Origin: Cyanobacteria bacterium J06626_4
GTDB taxonomy: Bacteria; Cyanobacteriota; Cyanobacteriia; Phormidesmidales; Phormidesmidaceae
Length of the DNA: 13,063 nt
Assembly: GCA_038523235.1 (NCBI GenBank)
Contig: JBCBJQ010000137.1
Location: 1-13,063, forward strand
Direction of reading: 5' to 3'
Below the pieces are notes generated by a model. That model made no database searches and was not told where the DNA came from. It saw nothing but the letters and a program-made list of their open reading frames with translations. Below are positions 8,282 through 13,063 of the stretch, piece after piece. Both the position numbers and the translations under genes were made by a program. Each line of letters opens with the position of its first letter. The stretch's first letter is position 1.

Positions 8282-9250
8282 TTACAGCGCCTTTTTTTGC
8301 TGAATCCAGGCCATCACCTGCTGCCCCAAATTGACGCTTTCGAGACGATCAATTTCGCGGACGCCGGTGGGGCTGGTGACGTTGACTTCGGTGAGGTAGC
8401 CGCCAATGATGTCGATGCCGACAAAGACCAGACCATCACGACGCAGGACAGGGGCCAACTGGCGCGAAATGTCACGATCGCGATCGGTAATGGGCACCGA
8501 GGCCACCCGTCCGCCCACCGCCATATTGCCGCGAAACTCATTCCCGGTGGGAATCCGGTTCACCGCCCCAATCGGCTCACCATCGAGCAGAATGATGCGC
8601 TTATCGCCGTCCTTGGCCTCGGGCAAATAGGTCTGCACCATCACCGGCTCCTGACCGCGCAGGGTGCTGATCTCAATCATCGAATTGAGGTTGCGATCGC
8701 CCTTTTCTAAAAACAAAATGCCTTCTCCGGCCTTGCCGCCCAGCGGCTTGAGCACCGCTCGCCCCCAGCGTTCCACTGTCTCTAAAATGACGGCTTTATC
8801 GCCGCTGACAATCGTTTCTGGAATCGCCCCGGTAAACTGCAGCGCATACATTTTTTCGTTCGCGGCGCGGAGGCCCTGGGGCGAGTTCATCACCAGGGTA
8901 CGAGCCGGGTCGACATAATCCAGCACGTAGGTGGTGTAGAGATAGGGAATGGTGACCGGCGGATCAGTACGCATCATCACCACATCCATCGTTTCTAACG
9001 GCTGGTAGACCTGTTCGCCCAAGCTGTACCAGTCGGGTACCGCGACCCAGCGATCGTCGCCCAGAGTGACCGGCTTCAGGGTGACGGGCTGCAATCGCGC
9101 CATCGCCTTGCCTGCCTCAACCCCCAGCCACTCGGCTTGGGTGATCCACACTTCGTGACCGGCGGCCTGGGCCGCTTCCATCAGGGCGACGCTGGTATCG
9201 TGCCCCGCGTCGAGCCGATGAATGGGATCGATAATGAATGCGACTTTCAC
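8282..9250 (-). CDS. gshB: Glutathione synthetase (ATP-grasp)
   Basis: Motifs FIIDP, HDTSVALMEAAQ, MRTDPP, ANEKMY, KPLGGKAGEGI, GDKRIIL, FRGNMAVGG and LTEVNVTSPTG. The likely start is GTG at 9250 (MKVAFIIDP), matching the usual GshB N-terminus. Confidence 0.97.
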   Translation of the reverse strand: MKVAFIIDPIHRLDAGHDTSVALMEAAQAAGHEVWITQAEWLGVEAGKAMARLQPVTLKPVTLGDDRWVAVPDWYSLGEQVYQPLETMDVVMMRTDPPVTIPYLYTTYVLDYVDPARTLVMNSPQGLRAANEKMYALQFTGAIPETIVSGDKAVILETVERWGRAVLKPLGGKAGEGILFLEKGDRNLNSMIEISTLRGQEPVMVQTYLPEAKDGDKRIILLDGEPIGAVNRIPTGNEFRGNMAVGGRVASVPITDRDRDISRQLAPVLRRDGLVFVGIDIIGGYLTEVNVTSPTGVREIDRLESVNLGQQVMAWIQQKKAL

Positions 9251-9477
9251 TGCTGATGTCCTGCCAAAATTCAAGGTTGATTGTGGCATGTTTCTTGGCC
9301 GAGGGCAGCAGGTACGGCGACGATCGCCACCATAAAACCATCCACCAGGTCAGCTCTGCAGCTGATATTGGCTGCGTCCAGCGATGCTCACAGCAACCCG
9401 CTCGCCTGAATTGAGTCGGTACAGGCCAGGCGAGGGGCGATCGCCCTAAAGTCCCGAAAGTCGCCCCAAGACTGACG

Positions 9478-9768
9478 CTAACTCCCCAGTCGCCGAGGAA
9501 TCACACACAGACCGTGAAATCCGATCGCGGCTAGCATCGCACTTTGTAAGAACCAAACGCCCTCGGCGAAAAGATTGATGCGATGGATGTTTTGCTCGGC
9601 TTCGGCGACAAATACAGTGGCAAACTCTGGCGAACTTTGCGCCACGGCAGCAAAATTTGCATAGCCTTTTTCTAAAGCATCCCAATCAACGAGAGCGTAG
9701 TACCCAAAGATAATAGCTCCAGCAATTCCAGCAACAATTATTGTTAATAAGGGAATAATGCGAATCAT
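9478..9768 (-). CDS. Small hypothetical two-TM membrane protein (about 96 aa)
   Basis: ATG at 9768 (MIRIIPLL). Two hydrophobic segments flank a soluble loop containing AEAEQNIHRINLFAEGVW. Confidence 0.75.
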   Translation of the reverse strand: MIRIIPLLTIIVAGIAGAIIFGYYALVDWDALEKGYANFAAVAQSSPEFATVFVAEAEQNIHRINLFAEGVWFLQSAMLAAIGFHGLCVIPRRLGS

Positions 9769-10024
9769 AGTTTCATGACACTCAACGACTTTGGTAGTCA
9801 AGTATGAAACTTTTGGTAGAGCAACTGCAATTGTTTTTTCTCGACGTGACTGGCGATAAGGCTTTTAGTCTGTTTAGGAGTTGTTCAACCAGGCCCTTCA
9901 GCGCTTTGAGTTTTATCAGTTCAGAAAAATTACCAGTGCAGTATGTCAATAAGAAGCATGGCTGAAATCAAGGTCTTTTTTGATCTGCTGCTGTCTCTAT
10001 TTTGGTAACTGTCCCACACGTCAC

Positions 10025-10132
10025 GTTGGCTGAGCGGAGTCATTCGCCTGCGTCTCCCAAAGGGAGAAAGCCAGAATTCCCGCAAAAGTCCTCTAGCCCT
10101 TTTGGGGCGGCAAAGCCAACGACTCCGCTCAG
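10025..10132. repeat. Inverted-repeat dispersed element with small hairpin inserts
   Basis: Perfect 12-bp IR CTGAGCGGAGTC (10030-10041) / GACTCCGCTCAG (10121-10132). Internal hairpins are TCTCCC-AAA-GGGAGA (10053-10067) and GCCCT-TTT-GGGGC (10096-10108). Confidence 0.7.
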
Positions 10133-10185
10133 GAGGCGGCAACTTACTCTAAGTCAGTTCGGGTTAAAACCGAAGCTGGATATTT

Positions 10186-10274
10186 CCCCTCCGAGGAGGG
10201 GCTGAGGGGTGGGTGGATCGCCAGTTAGCGCGACTGAACGGCAGCCACCCCGCCTTTGGCCCCCCTCCCGAGAG
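10186..10274. repeat. Inverted pair of GC-rich palindromic units
   Basis: CCCCTCC-GA-GGAGGGG-CTGAGGGGTGGGT (10186-10214) and a truncated opposite copy CCACCCC...CCCCTCCCGAGAG (10245-10274). Confidence 0.7.
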
Positions 10275-10333
10275 CTATCCTTTACGCAAACCCCTCTGCT
10301 GACAAGAGATTCTAGATAACGCTTAAGCGTGCA

Positions 10334-10454
10334 AACCTCACCGCCTGCGGCACCTCTCCTTCTCAAGGAGAGGTTAATGTACGGGCTAATGAACCCTTTG
10401 TCCAAAATTTGACAGAACATCCGGTTCCTCTCCTTAGTAAGGAGAGGTGAGGTT
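10334..10454. repeat. Inverted pair of CCTCTCCTT-N3-AAGGAGAGG palindromes
   Basis: Hairpins at 10353-10373 and 10427-10447 have identical 9-bp stems. They are enclosed by the outer IR AACCTCA (10334-10340) / TGAGGTT (10448-10454). Confidence 0.8.
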
Positions 10455-10637
10455 AAACAGCCCGTAAAGCGATCGCAACCAATCTCTGAAAGCGCTGGTG
10501 TAGAAGGTGTACAGCAACTTTTGTATAAGGGATAGCTCTCGAGAGAGGAGTTGAGGCTCAGTAGACGGGTAAAAGCGTTACTTATTCTTATCCCGAACTC
10601 AGGTATTTTGATCTAAGACAATACGCGGTGGATCGTC

Positions 10638-11441
10638 TTATTCTGATTGATTTGGTGTCAAGGATTCTAAATCAATCACGGTGCCAGGACGGCCCGCTTT
10701 CATATCATCCAGCGAATATTTATACAAAATTCCCTCACGGGAGTAGACGAGGTTGCGAAGACTGTCCCAGCAGGCAGAATCGACCCTGTCATCTAGCAGT
10801 TCGTCAAAGCGATCGAGGCTAAATCGAAACGTGCAGCCGTGGGCTAAATACCCGATGTACCGAGCGATTAATGCCGGATATTGGCGCGACGGTTGGTGGC
10901 TCCAGCCATCATCGCCCACGCATTCCACGGTGTACTTGGCCAAGGTTTTGATTTCGTGGGTGCCATAGTTATCGCCGCGACGCCGCCAACCGTCTCGCTC
11001 CCATTTGGGATAAAGCACGCCCAAATCTTCGCCGCCGAACTCCGCTTGCAGTTGGTCAAGTTTAAACGGCACCGATCCTTGCGTCGGTTGCCATTGATTG
11101 AGCAACAGAGTTTGGCGATCGCGCCAATAACCCCCGCCAAACCAGGTGCCCATGTTTTCCCCTTCGAGCACGGTGCGCAGATAGGGCAAGCGGCAGACAC
11201 CGTTCCAAGTATTGCCCGAGTCTCCCATCGCCAGATAGATCATCCACTGCCCATCAAAGGAGATGTCGCAGCGTTTGGGATACAGCTTGCCGTTAAACCA
11301 GGAGCCGTGCTCAAGCCGGTCGGATTTTGTGTTCCAGCGGATGATGTGGAAGCACTTAGAGGGCTTGCGGCGAATCACCAGCACGTAGGGCGATCGCTTG
11401 GCCGGAAGCAGATGAATACGTGCGGGTTGAGCCGGTTTCAT
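10638..11441 (-). CDS. Uncharacterised 267-aa protein, Trp/Gly-rich and probably beta-rich
   Basis: Long ATG ORF with protein-like composition. RCDISFDGQWMIY resembles a beta-propeller blade (SPDG-type) motif. No signal peptide is seen. Confidence 0.8.
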   Translation of the reverse strand: MKPAQPARIHLLPAKRSPYVLVIRRKPSKCFHIIRWNTKSDRLEHGSWFNGKLYPKRCDISFDGQWMIYLAMGDSGNTWNGVCRLPYLRTVLEGENMGTWFGGGYWRDRQTLLLNQWQPTQGSVPFKLDQLQAEFGGEDLGVLYPKWERDGWRRRGDNYGTHEIKTLAKYTVECVGDDGWSHQPSRQYPALIARYIGYLAHGCTFRFSLDRFDELLDDRVDSACWDSLRNLVYSREGILYKYSLDDMKAGRPGTVIDLESLTPNQSE

Positions 11442-11706
11442 CGGAAAAATTGCGCGGCATCATAACGACGTTGAGCCATGCTTGATTTTACTCATGATTA
11501 ATCGCGACTCGATATTTGCCGCCGATTTTGGGCGTTAGTGCTCCTTTTCAGCAGCGATCGCCTTCGTCGCAAATTTAGATGGGCTTTGAGAGAACGCACC
11601 GTTGAAACAGCTACGCAGCGTTGTGATCGCCTTCCTTCGCCAAATACTGCGGTCTACCTCAAAAACAATACTATCGACTCAATCAGCAGGTGCATCGATT
11701 TAGCTA

Positions 11707-12066
11707 ATGAGCGGAATTCGTCGTGTCATCACCCCAGATCCTCGACTAAGTCTGATTAATCGTCACTTGCCAGAAACCGCCCAAGTTCAACGGCTTTTAC
11801 GAAAAGAAGGTCGAGCGCACGTCTTCAACGATCGCGAAACGTTGGCAAGAGTCGTGCAAGCCATCATCGAGCTTGGTGAAAGAACGGGTGAAGCCGATGA
11901 AACGGATGATTACGAACGTTATGGTCTCTATTTCTCAGAGGCGATTGGTTACATCATCAAGATAGACGGCAGCCGCACCCCGCTCTACTACGGCGAGATT
12001 AAAATCGTAAAAGCCACTGGAGAGTATCATGCTATCCCAAGAACAGGCCCTCGCAGAACGAGCTAA
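11707..12066 (+). CDS. Putative stand-alone RNase toxin (Ntox50/BECR-like; probably the cyanobacterial DUF6972 family)
   Basis: 119 aa with N-terminal RH20LP, AH38VF and C-terminal F-x3-IGY-x5-G...GEIKI-x4-GEYH108AIP, resembling polymorphic-toxin C-terminal RNases. The CDS is well supported, but the function is inferred. Confidence 0.7.
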   Translation: MSGIRRVITPDPRLSLINRHLPETAQVQRLLRKEGRAHVFNDRETLARVVQAIIELGERTGEADETDDYERYGLYFSEAIGYIIKIDGSRTPLYYGEIKIVKATGEYHAIPRTGPRRTS

Positions 12067-12286
12067 AACCTGGCAGTTTCTAGAGCTTTGGGTTGACCCA
12101 GTATTGTTTCCGCCTAGGGTGTTGATGCTGATTGGCGATCGCGATGGCTCTTGTCGTATTTTCAAGCCGGATGCTGATTATCAGTTAATCGTGACTCACT
12201 CAGACTATGCAGCGGCAAAAGATTGGCTGCTAGAAGATGAGTATGAGCGCATTGAAAGCCAGTTCTTAGCTGAGGAAATTCGCTAA
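12029..12286 (+). CDS. Small acidic protein, putative immunity/antitoxin
   Basis: 85 aa with 17 D/E versus 9 K/R and the motif YAAAKDWLLEDEYERIE. It overlaps the upstream gene by 38 nt. Confidence 0.7.
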   Translation: MLSQEQALAERAKTWQFLELWVDPVLFPPRVLMLIGDRDGSCRIFKPDADYQLIVTHSDYAAAKDWLLEDEYERIESQFLAEEIR

Positions 12287-12302
12287 CTAGCAAAGAGTTG
12301 GC

Positions 12303-12366
12303 GCGATCGCCCCTCCACCCCATCTCATATCGCAGCGATCGCCCTCCTCCGAGATCTCATTTATGG
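12303..12366 (+). repeat. HIP1-anchored imperfect tandem repeat (32-bp period)
   Basis: GCGATCGCCCCTCCACCCCATCTCAT at 12303 and GCGATCGCCCTCCTCCGAGATCTCAT at 12335. Confidence 0.7.
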
Positions 12367-12457
12367 CATCTGGTGTAACCAGAGACGATGCAGTGCTCAA
12401 AAAGTATTCTTGAGGTTGATTCTTCAGGAAGCCCCATAAACTTACTCAAAGTCAAAC

Positions 12458-12486
12458 TAGAATAATCGGCAGAGCGCTAATAGAGG
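12458..12486 (+). promoter_or_regulatory. Putative -10 box and RBS of the antitoxin gene
   Basis: TAGAAT at 12458-12463 and GAGG at 12483-12486, 7 nt before the ATG at 12494. Confidence 0.5.
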
Positions 12487-12493
12487 CGTATAG

Positions 12494-12739
12494 ATGCAGG
12501 CAGAAGAACTCAAGCAAAAGCTTGACACCCTTAGTCAGGAGAATTTGCAGCAGGTTGCGACTTTTATCAAGTTGCTAGAACTGCGGCAGCATCAAGCAGT
12601 ATCACCGACTCCCTTATGGCATCAGGCCAGCTATGCCGAGAGAGCCAGGGAATTAAAGCAATGGGCAGCTAATTTGCCCCATGATCAAGGGCAAAGCTTG
12701 CCAGACTCTGCCTTTGATCGAGCGACCATTTACGACTAA
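12494..12739 (+). CDS. Putative type II antitoxin (DUF2281-like, VapB role)
   Basis: 81 aa with N-terminal LDTLSQENLQQVATFIKLL and C-terminal LPDSAFDRATIYD, typical of cyanobacterial antitoxins upstream of PIN toxins. It is coupled by TAATG to a PIN start. Confidence 0.75.
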   Translation: MQAEELKQKLDTLSQENLQQVATFIKLLELRQHQAVSPTPLWHQASYAERARELKQWAANLPHDQGQSLPDSAFDRATIYD

Positions 12740-12807
12740 TGGCGCTCTATCTGCTCGACACTAATATTGTTCTACGGTTGGCCAATATCGCAGCTTGGAA
12801 ACCGTAA
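12739..12807 (+). pseudogene. vapC: Truncated VapC/PIN-domain toxin (22 codons)
   Basis: The ATG overlaps the antitoxin stop codon. It translates as MALYLLDTNIVLRLANIAAWKP*, where YLLDTN is the canonical first PIN motif. I did not recognise the rest of the domain downstream. Confidence 0.8.
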
Positions 12808-13043
12808 CGTAGCAAAGCGATCTCTTGGGAGCCTATTAAAACTAATCAACCCAATCTACAAGACAGTTCGTCTTATCCAGCCCACAAGATCACTCTAATA
12901 AAAGTTTTTCTGACAGCTCTTCTCTAAGCCGTTTTGATCCTAAGTCAGTTAATTTATATTGCGAATCACTCAAAAGTATAACTTGGCGACATGAAGACGC
13001 CGAAAGCTTTTGAAGTGCTTTTGTGACAGAAGGAGGAGAAAAT

Positions 13044-13063
13044 TTGACGTATTTGCCTATTTC
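13044..13063 (+). CDS. Possible start of a gene running out of the window
   Basis: AGGAGG at 13031-13036, 7 nt before a TTG at 13044. The frame is open to the window end (MTYLPI...) but too short to verify. Confidence 0.25.

Larger units (their letters stand above)
10150..10605. mobile_element. Putative non-autonomous MITE-like element (456 bp) containing REP-like palindromes
   Basis: Imperfect terminal IRs TAAGTCAGTTCGGGTTAA (10150-10167) and the reverse complement of 10588-10605, TACCTGAGTTCGGGATAA. They are 14/18 identical and both begin with TA. There is no credible internal ORF. Confidence 0.5.
1496..12342. repeat. Dispersed HIP1 octamers (GCGATCGC), 17 copies
   Basis: Copies at 1496, 3734, 4806, 5737, 6082, 6725, 6918, 7847, 8693, 9437, 10469, 11115, 11390, 11554, 12135, 12303 and 12335 (manual count). 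This is far above chance and diagnostic of cyanobacteria. Confidence 0.9.

Noticed and set aside
9251..9289. 13-aa N-terminal extension of GshB in the ORF track
   Set aside because: GshB family similarity begins at VKVAFIIDP, so the GTG at 9250 is the more plausible start.
9930..10420. ORFs 9930-10142, 10002-10205 and 10154-10420
   Set aside because: They read through palindromic repeats, which explains the low-complexity Arg/Gly/Pro content. They are not credible genes.
10025..10605. CRISPR array or tRNA/ncRNA gene in the hairpin-rich region
   Set aside because: The repeats are inverted pairs from different families, not regularly spaced direct repeats with spacers. There is no tRNA cloverleaf or T-loop motif and no cas genes.
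10881..11465. 194-aa plus-strand ORF, and similar ORFs at 8168-8710, 7204-7554, 6374-6646, 4457-4681 and 2518-2778
   Set aside because: These are antisense shadows of well-supported minus-strand genes with no recognisable motifs.
12799..12825. Degenerate GCGAAGCAATCTC-type repeat at the vapC breakpoint
   Set aside because: The resemblance is only partial (CGTAGCAAAGCGATCTC) and there is no partner arm, so it is too weak to call.

Overview
This is cyanobacterial chromosomal DNA, judged by 17 perfect HIP1 octamers (GCGATCGC, counted by eye) and a gene style resembling Leptolyngbya/Nodosilinea-type filamentous strains (inference). The left end holds a hypothetical membrane protein and a decayed IS5-family transposase fragment. 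The middle is a minus-strand run: a small membrane protein, gshB, a NitT/TauT (THI5-like) ABC transporter (binding protein, ATPase, permease), a CodA-like metal-dependent deaminase that may act on pterins, a small outer-membrane beta-barrel with a structured leader and clear terminator, and an SH3b protein. The right end is accessory DNA: about 600 bp of nested small palindromic/MITE-like repeats, an uncharacterised 267-aa protein, an overlapping two-gene cassette, and an orphan antitoxin followed by a 22-codon VapC/PIN stub. The best candidate for a new system is the cassette at 11707-12286. It looks like a stand-alone polymorphic-toxin-type RNase (Ntox50/BECR-like) plus an acidic immunity protein, bracketed by HIP1-anchored direct repeats. 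All family assignments come from motif recognition, not database searches.
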